A DNA stretch of 63,658 nucleotides, filler included, from Dirinaria sp. TL-2023a (Eukaryota), in NCBI GenBank assembly GCA_051941275.1. It is 6 parts of 6 records of this genome, joined end to end, with 100 filler letters (N's around TTAATTAATTAA, not from the genome) between each part and the next. Parts side by side here need not be neighbours in the genome. Positions count along the whole stretch, not along the records: positions 21,291 to 31,832 come from JAVEBF010000929.1; positions 31,933 to 42,446 come from JAVEBF010000930.1; 4 more parts are not named here. One strand, written 5' to 3'. Positions 26,201 to 39,564 of the stretch are shown here, piece by piece. The notes under the pieces were generated by a model that searched no databases, had not been told where the DNA came from, and saw nothing but the letters and a program-made list of their open reading frames with translations. The translations under genes were made by a program, and so were the position numbers. The first letter of the stretch is position 1. Each line of letters starts with the position of its first letter.

Positions 26201-28257
26201 GGGGTTCCCATCAACGAGCAGTTCGTAGTCGCGTATGATCTGGCGAGCTTCTGCTTTGCCGTGGTAGACGACATAATTGATGTCTGGCGTCCAATTATCG
26301 AAGGTTTCTGCCCACGATGGCACGGTAGACAGCGGAACGACAACCAAGAAAGGACCTTGTTGGCCACGATCATGTCGAAGCCAGTTCATGAATGCCACGG
26401 TCTGTACAGTTTTTCCCAAGCCCATCTCGTCAGCTAAGATGACATTATTGCCCTTGCACCAGTGGAAGGCCAAGAAGTTCAAGCCCTGCATCTGGAACTC
26501 TCGGAGCTTTCCATGTTTAATATAGGGCGGTTGTTCGAGTATCCGCTGCTGTCGACCTCGGGTATGAATGTTGGACTCGGTCTTGTTCGATTGGAAGGAC
26601 GAGGATGTTCGATTGAGGTAGCGATCAATTTGATTTTGTGCCTTCTCACCAACCGTGTCTGCGTCCTCCCATGTACAGGAATCATAGAAGAGTCCTTTCC
26701 CTGAGATAGGTTAGCCCAGAGCCTCCGAATCGGTGCAGCTGTACGTACATTTCACATAGTATTTAATGTCTCCGTCTTGGTCCTCCTCCATGCCAAGGAC
26801 ACGCTCAACTTTGGTATAGTCTTTGATAGCATCAGCATCGCGCTCTCTGGCTAAGCACCACTCCTCTTTCTCTTCAGGTGGAATGCTGGGGTCGTTCTTC
26901 ATCCTGATATCTTCTTGCACGATTCTACGGAAGTAGTTTTCGAGTCGTCGAATGCCCTTGTATGAAGTAAGGGCGGCGTTTGTCTCCCATGAAGCATGAA
27001 TGTGGGATTTGCCCTGCCATTTGACCTACAAGATGTTGTCAGATGCAAGCTTAGTAGCAACTCAGTAAGGGAGCAGAGTTCATACATGGTATTCGAAATC
27101 GTCACGTCCAGGATCATTGACTTCTGAGCCTGACAATGTTAGTCAAAGATGCGCTAAGAGTTGAGGGCGGAACAATTACCGGTGTCATCACGTAATCGGT
27201 GATTGAGAATTGCGTCGATAGCTGGTAAATTCTCATCTTGGCCAGTGGCCCAATAGGCTGGCGTAAGTATCTCTTCTTCGTCTTCAAACATGTCGTCATC
27301 ATCCTCATTGTAATTGGAGACCTTGGCAGCCTTGCGAGTGGAAAAGCGAACTTCGCCTTGACTTGGCGTGAGATCTCGGCCGACCTGTAGGTGACGGCGT
27401 TGATGGAGCTTTTTGTACCCGTTGGCTCGAGACCGGGGCGCACTGGACTTGTTCACTGCAGATCCCGAATCGGAGAGAGACTCCGGTGAGAGACTAGATT
27501 GCTTCGAGACTGTAAAAGATAGGGAGGTTAGCTCGACTGGCTGTAAAACAAAGGGTCTGTACGCCCAACGGAATACCCACCAGGCTTGGAGCTTGCACTC
27601 TTCAGTCGCTTTCGTGGACGGCTCTGAATATCCGAGCCGGAATCATCCTCAGAGTCACTCTCAATCTAAATGATAGTCAACACACATGCAAGCCGAAAAT
27701 TTTCCTTGGAGGGTATTACCACACGTCGAGAAGGACGAGCGCGGCCCTAGCGTCAGACGTTAGAGAATGCGGTGATAGAGCACACGAGTTTGGCTTACAC
27801 TTCGTCTAAGACCGTACAATTCTGGGTCATTCAACATGTATTCATCCTCTTCAGCGCCAACTTTCCGCTTGCCCAGCGTCCGAGAGCCTCCCGAAGAAGA
27901 TCGAGATTTTGGTGATGCGGATGTGTTACCCGCTTGGGGTGGTTGCGGCGAGTCCATATCGTAATCGCCGTCGTCTGAGCCTAGAGCGTCTTCGCTAGTC
28001 AAGTCACCTTCATCAGATCTCTGATCAGGGCTTGTAATGCTGTTGTCGTGTGCGGTTGCTTTTGGGGGTGCGGATGTGGAACTTGGAGGATCGATAGCTT
28101 CAGAGAGGTCGCTCTCGCTGTCAGAAGGGAGGGCGGTATTGTTGGTAAAGTGTGTAGGAGCAACAGGTAGATTTCCGTTGGTAAATGTAAGGTTGGAAGG
28201 CGTAGAGGATGTATGCTGATACATGACACTGCTCGCTGAAGACGATGGTGTTAGCAT
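23211..28257 (-). CDS. CHD1: Chromodomain-helicase-DNA-binding protein (CHD1/Hrp1/Hrp3), multi-exon
   Basis: Tandem chromodomains (KWQGKSHIHASWET; VERVLG...YYVKW-like), SNF2 ATPase [53 protein letters not shown]/SLIDE region; last exon 23385-23211; start approximate. Confidence 0.95.
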
Positions 28258-29126
28258 TGAAAAGTGTTGGAGTGTCGCTGGAACACTGTTCAGTGTCGAG
28301 CACTTTGGCAACACGCTGGCGACCCAGAAACACGTATGCAACTGGTGTTATGGCCGAACAAAGAGCGAATAACGCAAATCGAAGATGGAATAATGAATCT
28401 GGATAATGGACGAGATGGAAATTTGATGGGTGGTCATGGAATCATGGAGGCAAGGGCCAGCAATGCCATGCATCCGGAGCAGCACGGAGCAGCGCCAAAG
28501 CTTTCGAGCGGTGATCTTGAGGGCGGAATGACAGTGTAGGGGTAATGGTAGGTATATGTAGTTATTGAAGTGCGCCTATGGAAGCGGCTGATGATCGCGG
28601 GTTTGGCTCTCAGAAGAGCTGGCAGCTGCGACAGACACGTAAAAGAAAAGCACAACTTACAAGCCATGGCTTCGAGAGGCCGAGAGAGGTGATTTGTATC
28701 GTTGTACCAGCGGTGTGGATGGTGGAGAGATCAGTGGTAGTGGGTATTTGAAGATAGTAGAAGTGTGTAGTGTATGTACGAGAGGGACGTGGGAGGGTCG
28801 GACAATGGCCGAAATAGCCTGGGCTGTCCGGCCCGACCGGCTGTACGTTTTGCCGACACAGCGCCACTTTGGGCTGGGGACAATAGTAAGGTAAGGTATG
28901 AATCACTGAGATGACAATATTGTATACTTGTTTCAGCTAGAAGTTGGCCATAGGATTCACTGTTCGGCTAAGTCTATTGTCCAGGATCTGTAACACAGAG
29001 CGGGACCTGTTTGCCCAGACAAAGAACTGCGTTAATTGTGAAGAAGCCACAATAGGAACTCTGCCCCAATTTTCCGAATTCCCTTGGAGGGGCATTACAA
29101 TTGTTTGACTGCAGTGATTGCCCACC

Positions 29127-31160
29127 ATGTCGGACAGACTGACCCGGTAAATTTGTGGCCGTCCCTATTTGAATGACCCAGAAAAGCTAACAACCCTTCC
29201 TCCTTCACCAGTATTGCCATTGTCAACAATGACAAATGCAAGCCCAAGAAATGCCGTCAAGAATGCAAAAAGTCGTGCCCTGTGGTCCGGACCGGCAAGC
29301 TCTGCATCGAAGTGACTCCAGAGTCCAAAATAGCCTTCATTTCCGAGCGGCTTTGCATTGGATGTGGAATCTGCGTCAAGAAGTGCCCATTCAGTGCCAT
29401 CAACATCATCAACCTGCCAACGAACCTCGAGTCCCAGGTCACGCACCGGTACTCCGCGAACAGCTTCAAGCTCCATCGCTTACCGATGCCACGACCGGGA
29501 CAAGTCCTGGGGCTCGTGGGGACAAATGGTATAGGCAAGAGTACTGCGCTGAAGATTCTCAGCGGCAAGTTGAAGCCAAATTTGGGCAGATACGACGACC
29601 CGCCTGATTGGGAGGAGGTATTGAAGTATTTCCGCGGCTCCGAGCTTCAAAGTCAGCAGCAACCCCCGGTACTTTGAAAGAGGTATAGCATCACTGACCG
29701 GGATAGATTACTTCACGAAGGTTTTGGAAGACGACTTGAAAGCAGTAGTCAAGCCGCAATATGTTGACCAGATCCCCAAGGCGGTTAAAGGACCTGAAAA
29801 ATCAGTGCAGGGTCTGCTCAAAGCAAGATCCCAAATGGACAATTTCGAGCAGATCCTTGATGTTCTGGGTAAGCGAATCAAGCAACTTCGGACTTCCCAG
29901 CTGACGAGGCATTAGAACTAAGGCATATCGTTGACCGTGATGTCTCAAATTTATCTGGAGGGGAGCTCCAGCGGTTCGCCATTGCCGTAGTCTGTGTCCA
30001 GAAAGCAGATGTGTAAGTAGTAGCTGCCGGCCGCCCCGAAGTCTCAACATTAACGACTATTTAGCTATATGTTTGACGAGCCATCTTCTTTTCTTGACAT
30101 CAAGCAGCGCCTCAACGCTGCTAGAACTATCCGTGATCTACTTCGTCCGGATGACTATGTGATAGTCGTCGAGCATGATCTGTCGGTCCTAGACTATCTT
30201 TCCGATTTCATTTGTGTTCTTTATGGCAAGCCTGCCGTCTATGGGGTCGTCACCCTGCCTGCTTCCGTGCGAGAAGGAATCAATATCTTCCTTGACGGCA
30301 ACATACCCACGGAAAACCTTCGATTCCGAGAGGAATCTCTGACCTTCCGCATCGCCGAGGCAGGAGATGAGTTCCAGTCCGACCGTGCTCGAGGCTACGA
30401 GTACCCATCCATGGAGAAGACTTTAGGCAACTTCCACCTCAAGGTCGAGCCTGGCAAATTCACCGATTCCGAGATCATCGTCATGATGGGCGAGAACGGG
30501 ACCGGCAAAACCACCTTCTGTCGTATGCTTGCCGGCCTTGAGAAGCCAGATGGCAAGGCCTCCATTCCGCAAATGCACATCTCCTTGAAGCCTCAGAAAA
30601 TCACGCCCAAATTCCAGGGAACCGTTCGGCAGCTCTTCTTCAGCAAGATCAAAGCCGCATTCCTGTCCCCGCAATTCCAGACGGACGTCTACAAGCCGCT
30701 GAAACTCGATGACTTCGTCGATCAAGAAGTCCAGAACCTTTCAGGTGGCGAACTGCAGCGCGTGGCCATCGTACTCGCGCTGGGCAAGCCAGCAGACATC
30801 TACCTGATCGACGAGCCGAGCGCCTACCTCGACTCGGAGCAGCGTATCATCGCCGCGCGAGTCATCAAACGCTTCATCATGCACTCCAAAAAGACAGCCT
30901 TCGTCGTCGAGCACGATTTCATCATGGCGACCTACCTCGCAGACCGCGTCATCGTCTTCGACGGACAACCTTCGGTCAACGCCCGCGCGAACACGCCCGA
31001 GGGCCTGCTCACAGGCTGCAATTCCTTCCTGAAGAACCTGGACGTCACCTTCCGCCGCGACCCGAACAGCTACAGGCCCCGCATCAACAAGTACAACAGC
31101 CAGCTCGACCAGGAGCAGAAGCTCAGCGGGAATTTCTTCTTCCTCGAAGAATCGAGTTGA
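29127..31160 (+). CDS. RLI1: ABCE1/RNase L inhibitor-like ribosome recycling factor, multi-exon
   Basis: [26 protein letters not shown]e-S domain, CIGCGIC, two Walker A ([16 protein letters not shown]), LSGGELQR twice, [14 protein letters not shown]. Confidence 0.97.
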
Positions 31161-31832
31161 AGAAGGGCGGCGTTCCGAAGGGCAACAACAACAATGATCA
31201 CGAGCAACGACGTAACGCTGCTGCCAGTAACGAAGCATCAGCAACCGACGTAGGTAAAAAAACCGCCGGCGGCCGCAAACGCGGAGCAGGTCTCCCGGAC
31301 GCTGAGGCATGCTCCGATAATGAGGACGACGACGAAGATGATAACGAAAGTAGGACGGGTAAGTCTACCTCCTGTTTTAAACTTCTGGTTCACTGCTCCG
31401 ACCTGGCATAGCTGAATTGCAAGAGAAAATGGGTCAAGCTAGGTGGCTTGCCGTCGCAGTGTTTGGGGTTTCTAGGCACGACTCCAGAGAGCCTCAACTC
31501 AAGCATGGCAAAAAGGAGGTGAGACGAATATTATTAGATCGTGAAAAGAAAGAGAGATAGCTAGCTAGCTAGCTCATGGCTCTGTTCGCAAATATTGCTA
31601 TATCTGATGCCATGCAAACAAATGGAGGGGGCCGAAAAGCATAACAGCTGTGTAGGCAGCTACAGGTAGACAGCGATCAAATAAATCTCCTCCTTCCCCA
31701 AAAGAAAGGAACCGCTTGGATTTTTTTTTAAAACCATCTACGTAAGCTACCTGCATCCATCATCTCTTACCATCTACCTCTACTAATTTTACCTTACCTA
31801 CATGTTTGACCCACAAGCCCTCTCCCTTTACC

Positions 31833-31932
31833 NNNNNNNNNNNNNNNNNNNNNNNNNNNNNNNNNNNNNNNNNNNNTTAATTAATTAANNNNNNNNNNNN
31901 NNNNNNNNNNNNNNNNNNNNNNNNNNNNNNNN
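31833..31932. other. Artificial contig spacer
   Basis: Same linker. Confidence 0.98.
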
Positions 31933-31941
31933 GTACAAATA

Positions 31942-31943
<2 letters not shown>

Positions 31944-31978
<35 letters not shown>
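31944..31978. repeat. (GT)n microsatellite at contig start
   Basis: About 17 perfect GT units. Confidence 0.95.
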
Positions 31979-31980
<2 letters not shown>

Positions 31981-32709
31981 CTAAACCGCTTCGTTAAGGT
32001 ATCTTTGATCCCCTAGAATCGAGAAATTGATGAGAGTGCTTTTTGGGAGGTATGATCTAAAAGTAGGTAGGTAGGTATAAGGAAGGTAGGTACCTTAGCT
32101 TACCGTACGCGGGGCGTGTGACAATAATGTAAGGTAAGAATCGGAATAGGAGAGAAGATGGGAGTCCCTCTTGATATATAAAGGTAAGGTACCTACATAC
32201 TTAGGTAAGTAAGGTAGGTAGAAGAAGATTAAGGTAGAAAGGAGATAAATGAGCATGTATGTTTCACATTTTTGAAAAAAAAAAAAGAAAAAAGGAAAAG
32301 AAAAAGGGTCCGTGCTTCTCATCGCAATAGCAGTATAAGAAGGGGCATCAACCCGTCACTTTCTGGAGTGTAAGGAGTTAGAGAGATCTTCCATGTATCT
32401 TTCTACTCCTCCTCTTCCTCGAGATTGTGTCTGGGGGCACAATTCAATCGTTTCTCTCTCTCTTCCGGCGGTTTCACGGCATCCCGATGCAAAGTTCGCT
32501 GGCTTGAACGAGACAGAAGCTATTTATTAATCAGCAGCGGAAAAAAAGGTATGGCGCTTTCGTTGCTGCGCTTCTTCAAAACAAGCGACGGGAGGGAAGC
32601 TCGTGCGAAGAATCAAGACCCAGAACCTTCGATAAACGCTGTAGCCTTGACGAATTGCCTTTTTGTTACCTCTCAATGCCTATGGATGTATTCATACTGC
32701 CCAGCATGA

Positions 32710-34300
32710 TCAATTGACCTCCAACTTCATCCTCTTCTTCGAATTCGACTTGGCCAAGATCCCCATAATGTCGGCCATGGTATCGGAGGTGGGGTCTTCG
32801 ATCGTCAAAGTCAATTTCCGCGCGTCGTTCGGGTCTTCTCCCATGAGCACGTCTAGCGAAGCAAGATTACTCATCAATCCATCTGCGACACCGATGATTG
32901 ATGGAGTGGTAGTGGCCGATGACTGCGAAGCGCTTTTCGATGACATGTCGGTGACTGGCGACAGGGTTGAATTACGCGTAGAGGCAAGGGAGGGCTGGTG
33001 GGAGGTTGAGCCGAAGGAGGACGGGGGTCGCGCGGAAGGGTAGGATTCAGTAGATGCTGGAGGAAAAGCGGAAGATGCGGCGGAGGTGCTGGAGTGGGGT
33101 TCGTTGCTATAGAAGGCATTTTGAGGATTCATGGTGGACTCTTGATCCCATGTACTGCCAAGATCGAAGTGTTCGTCTACCGACATGGCGTCGAGTATCT
33201 CATTCCCGTGCGGGTACAGTGATGACTGCATGCCGTTGGCGAGACTAAGGGAGGTCTGAGGATACATGGTCTGGGTATCCGTGTTGATAGTGGGATACAT
33301 CCAGTGCGCTTGCATTCCTTTGCTAGGATCTGTATCTAATGCAGGCATCCCGTTATCATCCAGACTATGCAAGAAGTCATTCTCATCGTAAGATGCCGGC
33401 GTACTGGCTTCGGTGGCAGTTGCTGACTCCGCTGGCGACGGAGCACTTCGAGATGTCCGCACCTTCGGAATCTTTCGGGTTAGGATTGTGTATCTACCCA
33501 AGCTCGAGTTAGAGAGCGTACTAAGGATTCGTCCACCAGGATCACAAACCGGTTCTTGACACTATTGGCTGAACGACCTGGATAGTATTTGGTCTGCAAA
33601 TCCTTCCAACTGTGACCGTGCTTCTCTACAGCGTCCATTAACTGCTGGTCCTATGCAACAGTAGGTCAGCCTAACAGGCTCGGTCCGATCCTATTGTCCA
33701 TCTCGGTAATGATCGCCAGGCATTTCAAATGTCCCACTGACCTCTTCGGGCGTCCATTCGGATCGGTCCAACGCTGGATCCAAGCAATGCGTCCACCTCT
33801 TTGCGCATTCTGGCACGCAAATGATGTGCATTAGCGACTGTAAAAGTTCACTGAGGTCTACGATCGGAAGATATCAAATACTCACGATCTGCGCTGCGGG
33901 TTTCGACTTCTTGAGCAACAAGTGCCCAGCTATGACGGCGTCAGCATGGAATGCAGACAAGGGGCAAAAGTCACTGACTGATACCCATGTTTCCGAATGC
34001 CCTTTGAAAGCCTCCCATCCTCTTCCTCGTCCCAAGGACCTTTCCTCAAGCCTTCAGTCACATTATTGCACCATCTCTTTCGACAGTCCTTGTTGCTTCG
34101 TCCCGGGAGTTTCTTCGCTATTCGATGCCAGTCTTTGAGTCCGCTCTCGTCAACTGTGGCCGCAAGAAATTAATATCGGTACGTCACCAGCCGCAAGGCC
34201 AGCACTGTACTTGCGGAAAGAGTAATGTACGTTGCAAGAGGGCCTCCCGGCGCAATATAGCATCTTCCTCCTCAGTCCATCGTCTTGGGGTGCGGGACAT
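32710..34300 (-). CDS. Three-repeat Myb/SANT transcription factor, 6 exons; Ser/acidic C-terminal region
   Basis: Spliced by hand: MSRTPRRWTEEEDAIL..DWHRIAKKLPGRSNKDCRKRW; KGPWDEEEDGRL..WALVAQEVETRSADQCAKRW; RSEWTPEEDQQL..SWKDLQTKYYPGRSANSVKNR; joins ORF 32710..33501 in frame. Confidence 0.88.
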
Positions 34301-35483
34301 TCTTCCAAGGGGAAGAAGGTGGGTCAAGGTTCAAACCTCGATCGATAAGAGATATTGGATGATGTTTTGCAGCGGCTAATGGCAACGACTTCGGAAGATA
34401 GTATCTGCAGTCCTGCGTGGCTTTCGGAGCTCAAAGGCACTACAACCCTCTTAATGCCGCCTGTGGAAGCAGCCACGATGAGTGTTACGAAACAATATGT
34501 CCTCTTTTATGAGGCTCGGCGTAGGCAGTCGAAGAGCAGGCAGCGGTGACTACACGAACCATGAGCCGTCAGGGTCCGGCCTTAGTCCCTGGGGCTGTAG
34601 GTCTAGGTCGGAGGTAGGTCCACGTTCCTGAGGGATCCGTTGGTAAGATGAGACGAACAGCTTATCGGACGAGTGAGACGCAGCTCGCGGCTACGTACGA
34701 AGATACTATCTTCGTACATTATTAAACGGTAGCGGTTCAGGTCTGGTCCTGCGAGGGATACGATGGCGGTGATGGTCCCATCACCTGTGGGTCGGTTGCA
34801 TCCTCATGAAGACTCATTTTGACAGGCCCGAACTAGAAGGCCAACGGCAAATGGATTGCATTGCATGACAGTGTGCAGGGAAGCGACTTCGGCCATCCAT
34901 GCAGCAGAATGGGCAAGAGTGGCGCTGATGGGGAGAGCAAGAAAGGGCATAGGAGGTTGGAATCAGGACCAGTATAGAAAAGTTCTGAGTAAGCGTCTCG
35001 GTTGTCCTTCTGGTTGGTCCAAGGAAGCTGGAACCTTCCGACTGCCATTGCACAAACCTCAGTAACTTCCATATTGTTAATAATGACTGGCCTGGCGAGA
35101 TGATTTGAATTGTGCAGGCGAAGGGTGTACTTTATTCTCTGTCTATTGGCCACATCCAGATCTTTCGTTGTAGATCTGAATGGTATGGGATGAGTAGGTA
35201 ATGATGTGGTAAATAGCGGTGAAGGAAGTGGTGCGAGGGCTGATTGCGGAGTAGGAGTACATACACAGAGATTAAGTACCGTGGAATCCTGCGAAGAGGC
35301 GCACCATAGAGGATGCAGTCAAGGTACCGACGGTACAAAAATTCTCGCACTGCGAAGTCGCCACTCCGGGAGCCAAGAAAAGCCAAGTCGGGAATAGCGA
35401 CCACAGGTGATAATGTTGAGGTGTAGATACTGTAGTACTGTAAGTAAGTACTTTATGTATGCCTTGCAGGGCTGGACCTGCTG

Positions 35484-35548
35484 GGGATGAGGGATGAGGG
35501 ATGAGGGATGAGTGACGACTGACGACTGACGACTGACGACTGACGACG
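35484..35548. repeat. Compound 7-mer tandem repeat (GGGATGA)4 followed by (GACGACT)~5
   Basis: Directly visible. Confidence 0.85.
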
Positions 35549-37798
35549 ATTGGGACGATGGAGGCGACCTGTCACGGCGAGCCAAGCGAAAAGCCAGGCG
35601 GTCGCTAACGAAGCCTAGACCCGAGGGACCTGAAGGAGGACCTAGAGGTATTACTACATGTAGTTAACACACACATACCTTACTGTACGGTGCCCTGGGA
35701 GCCTGAGGTGGGAGCTAAAGCCCCGGAGGCTTAAGAGAGCGGTCCGTTGCGGGTCTTGTTATGCACGGAAAGGCCTAACAACCAGCCGATCGTGCCATCA
35801 ACTACCCTAAGCTACAGTACTAAGGTAGGTAGTATGTAGATCTAGGTAGGTAGATCCCAAGTACCTACTATCACCGTGGACTTAAAGCTAGGCTGGGCGG
35901 GCTAAGGTACATGAAAATTAGGTACCCACCAAACACCGTGATAGATCATATCATTAAGTAATGATATGCCTTACATAATCGCATTTGACCAAGCTAACTT
36001 GGCTAGATCGATGTCCATTGGGTGATGCGAGGATTTGAGCCTCTTCACTCTTCATACTTTCTCAGCTCACCGACTCATGCCTAAGGTAATTCGCAGACAA
36101 TTGTTCGGGGCATTTCGCCTATTTACCCGACCCCCGTTACACAAATTTATAATATGGATTATCAGCATCAAGGACGGATCTTGCCTACCTGAATGGCGTG
36201 GTTCTACACGCGTCAGTGGAGTTACTGAAAGAAGGACGGTACCTAAGTATGGGAAGGTACATGTAGGGTGGTCTTTGACAGCCCCGTCATTGAATCGTGT
36301 AAGCAGAGAAGAGGCATCAAGGATCGCGGATCCGAGAATACCCTCCCCAACCTCGTATACCTTCAACTAGGATCGCCTGAATTTCTCTGCTGAGTCATTC
36401 GTGTAATGATTCGCATACAGCATGGCTATGTGCGATCAGCTGACTTTACCTTTCGGTCTACGTTGTTAGATATTTACACGCCTCATGGTTATTCCCTGTC
36501 AGGCCTGTGTTGACTTCTTGAATGATTTAACCTTGAATCTCCTCATTCAGGCAAACCATGTTCCATCCTACGGCGATCTTCAGACCCGGTAAGTGGTCAG
36601 CCGAATGTCGGGGCTCCGGGCTCCATTTAGCTCATAGCGCGTCAAAGGATCCACAATAGAGATATCATTGGAATCTTTAGTGTCTTTTAGGGCGGACGAT
36701 GTACACCTAGAGTCGGGAAGTTTTTGGTCCGAAGCAGAAGTAATGCCTATACGTGTATGTATCAGTGAAGAGTGCTTTGCCGGAGGGCTGTTAGCTCCTG
36801 TCACCGACATTCCAGCATACATTATCCATCATGATCCTTTTTTGGCAGGTCCAATAGTAATGGTATCACCCACTACTGCCTCGACATCTGATATGCTGCT
36901 ATTCGTATCCTGGAATTTTCACCAATGAACACTGGCACTAAACTTCGGGGAAGAATTTCCGGTTTTGAGAAGAGATACATCCGATCTCGACGTATAGTCG
37001 GATGATGGCCACATATCATTCTCACTGTACATCTTAAATGCATCTCGATCACTGACGCGATGACGTGAGCTTTGATCACTGATCGATGCCTGGGCGGCCG
37101 CTCACGACGCATGAGTAAGCTCAGCTTCGATATTATCCCGAGAATCTTATCTCTGTTCACTAATCACATTCCGGGGATACGGCTTCGATTATTCTTCGTT
37201 CGAGCCGTCAGCAGGCTGCTGAGTGATGGGTCCACCACAGCTACCACAAGAGTGTCGGTCAATGCAACTTCTCTCTCGTCTAAAGCGCCGCTACGCTGAC
37301 GAGTAAAGGTGACATAGGGTGCCTGGGGACAGGGTAGGACCAATTGGTGACATGTTGTGTCTCACAGAACCTTTTTATCATTGTTCGTCACTCAAATACT
37401 GAATTATGTAAACAGCAGGTATGAGGCTCATTTGCTTCGATCGCTTTAGTCAATGCTCAATCTCACAGGCAGAACCTGGCAATCCCTGACATCGCGCAGA
37501 ACATGCTGGCTCGAAAAGGGAGTACAGGTGAGAGTGCGCTGACTGCAAAATCCAGTGTTTGCAAAGCCCGAGACGAAAAGAGAGGATGCGGAATATTGCT
37601 TCTCCGGTCGGAGAGACGAAGTTGTGGAACAGCCACTAGGGTTACGCTGAATGCAAAACATTTTGGGCAGCCAAAATATTCATTTCCGTATTCTCTCGAA
37701 TGCAATTTCTTCGTGATTCACAATAAATCTGCACCATGAACACGGCTAACAATCGCGCTACAAGCTACTCTCCACGCAGGCTGGCGCGGAAACCGAAT

Positions 37799-38956
37799 TC
37801 AGCTCAAGTTTATCTGCAGACCTAGAGTAGCCTGAAGCACACTATTCCCATAGAACAATTCCGATCTTCAAACAACCAAATTGTTAGCCTCTCTGTGGGT
37901 AGGATCATAACTGATTCCAACTTACCCAGCGTTGCCAATATTAACATAAGTCGCATCTGTGAATCTTCCGAGTTTGACCAACGCCTCGAACCACTCCTTC
38001 AAATCTCCAGCGAAGCTACCGTCAAACTGCGTGTTCGGCAACATACTATGCACTGTCATGCCGCTGCTATGATTTACATCCTCGTAGAGCTTCCATGAAG
38101 TACCGAAGAGGGAATCGATGGTCGCCGCCGGACCGCGGTCCCAGCCAATTGGTAGCTGACCCCCTTCGTATTGAAGCCACAGCATGAGTTCTTGTGCGGC
38201 GGTCGAGGTTGAATCCCCCTTCGCGCTGCCAAGAATGAAATCGAAGCAGATGTTACCTAGTCGACAGGTTTAATCAGCTGCATGGTAGATACTGGCATAT
38301 GAGCCTGCAATGATTCCGGACTCACCTTTGAAGGCAGAAGTGTTGGTCCGAGTCCACTGGCGCATCCTTGCAATTAGCAGCCGTTCGTATATAGACAAGG
38401 AGTCCCAATCAATGGAGACTTCAGCGACTACTCTAAGCTCTCAACTTGCAAGTACGAGTACTTACGTCATATGTCGCAGGAATGGAATTGATGCTTGAGA
38501 TTGTATTTTGGAGGTTTGAGATCAGGCCGATGTTTGAGTAGCCTTTACAGACGTTGTCGCTACGATAAATCATCAGCACCAAGTAACATCGAAGCTTCCG
38601 GGAGCATCATAGCGGAGGACTTACGTGCCCTCTACATACTCAATAGAGGTTTCACTACTCCAAACTACTTGCGGGTTGCCACCTGCAGCAGTCTGGATCT
38701 TGTCGAGGTCTGTACATACAGAGCCGACCATTTGCGCGGCACCGTACATGCTATTAGCGATCAACCATGGTGTTCCATCCAGGGTTTTATGGTCATTGTT
38801 TCCACAGAGCTTGGTTGATGCTTGAGTGGTAGATACTTGAGGAGTGGGTGCACTGCTGTTCCTGAACACGAAGGACTTGCATGGACGAGCAGCTACGGAG
38901 GAGGCTGTTAGTGCGATCGATGCGACAGTGATCACTGATCTCCTCAAGATATCCAT
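37799..38956 (-). CDS. Secreted glycoside hydrolase family 12 (endoglucanase/xyloglucanase-like), 5 exons
   Basis: Signal peptide; CKGYSNIG, SIPATYDW, NICFDF, nucleophile region QELMLWLQYEGGQLPIG, acid/base region NAGSELFYG; stop TGA 37801-37799. Confidence 0.85.
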
Positions 38957-39564
38957 GACGAGATTACAGAAAGGAAGCGAGTGCTAGAGCTGGGAAAAGG
39001 AACGCAAAAGACAGGCCAAGCCCTTGATAGATCAAGAGACATGCGGAAATTTAGTAGAAGCAGGTACATCGTAAGAGAGGGATACTGGGTACCTAATGGT
39101 TCAAAGCGCATATAACGACCACCCGTCACCCTTGAATTCGTTGCATACCCACCTTGTTAGCCTACAGTACTCCGTACAGTAGTAGTCAAACGCAGGAACG
39201 AAACGCGGCGGTGTCGGGGAAAAGTGGGATTGAAACACGGCAAGATAGACGCGAAATTAGGGTCGTTTGAGATTTGGAAGTGAGGGAGTCTAAAGGTATC
39301 TTGGTGTTCTTGGCGCCCAGACTGCACTAACCCATTTCCTCAATCCATGGAAACTGGAACGTTCGAAGGGATGGATATGCCCTGCGTTTGTTGGAACCGC
39401 ACATAACATAGCTATCATTGAATAGCTGTTAGGTTTCGTTGCTTCATGATGACTGCAGAATGTTCTACTCCTAGAAATGGGAACGACAGCGAAAGTATTG
39501 CCAAGAAACCATACTGCTAAAGAAAAAAATGGCCCTGTAATTCTCCGGGAAACGTATTGCACCT

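Noticed and set aside
30395..31310. Long antisense ORFs over RLI1 (likewise over DCR2, sirtuin and RPB6)
   Set aside because: Shadow ORFs produced by GC-rich third codon positions of the real genes
35484..35548. CRISPR-like array or telomeric repeat
   Set aside because: Simple 7-mer tandem repeats with no spacers and not TTAGGG; eukaryotic context
34355..37739. ORFs between the Myb gene and GH12
   Set aside because: No recognisable protein features; treated as intergenic, though a decayed gene cannot be excluded
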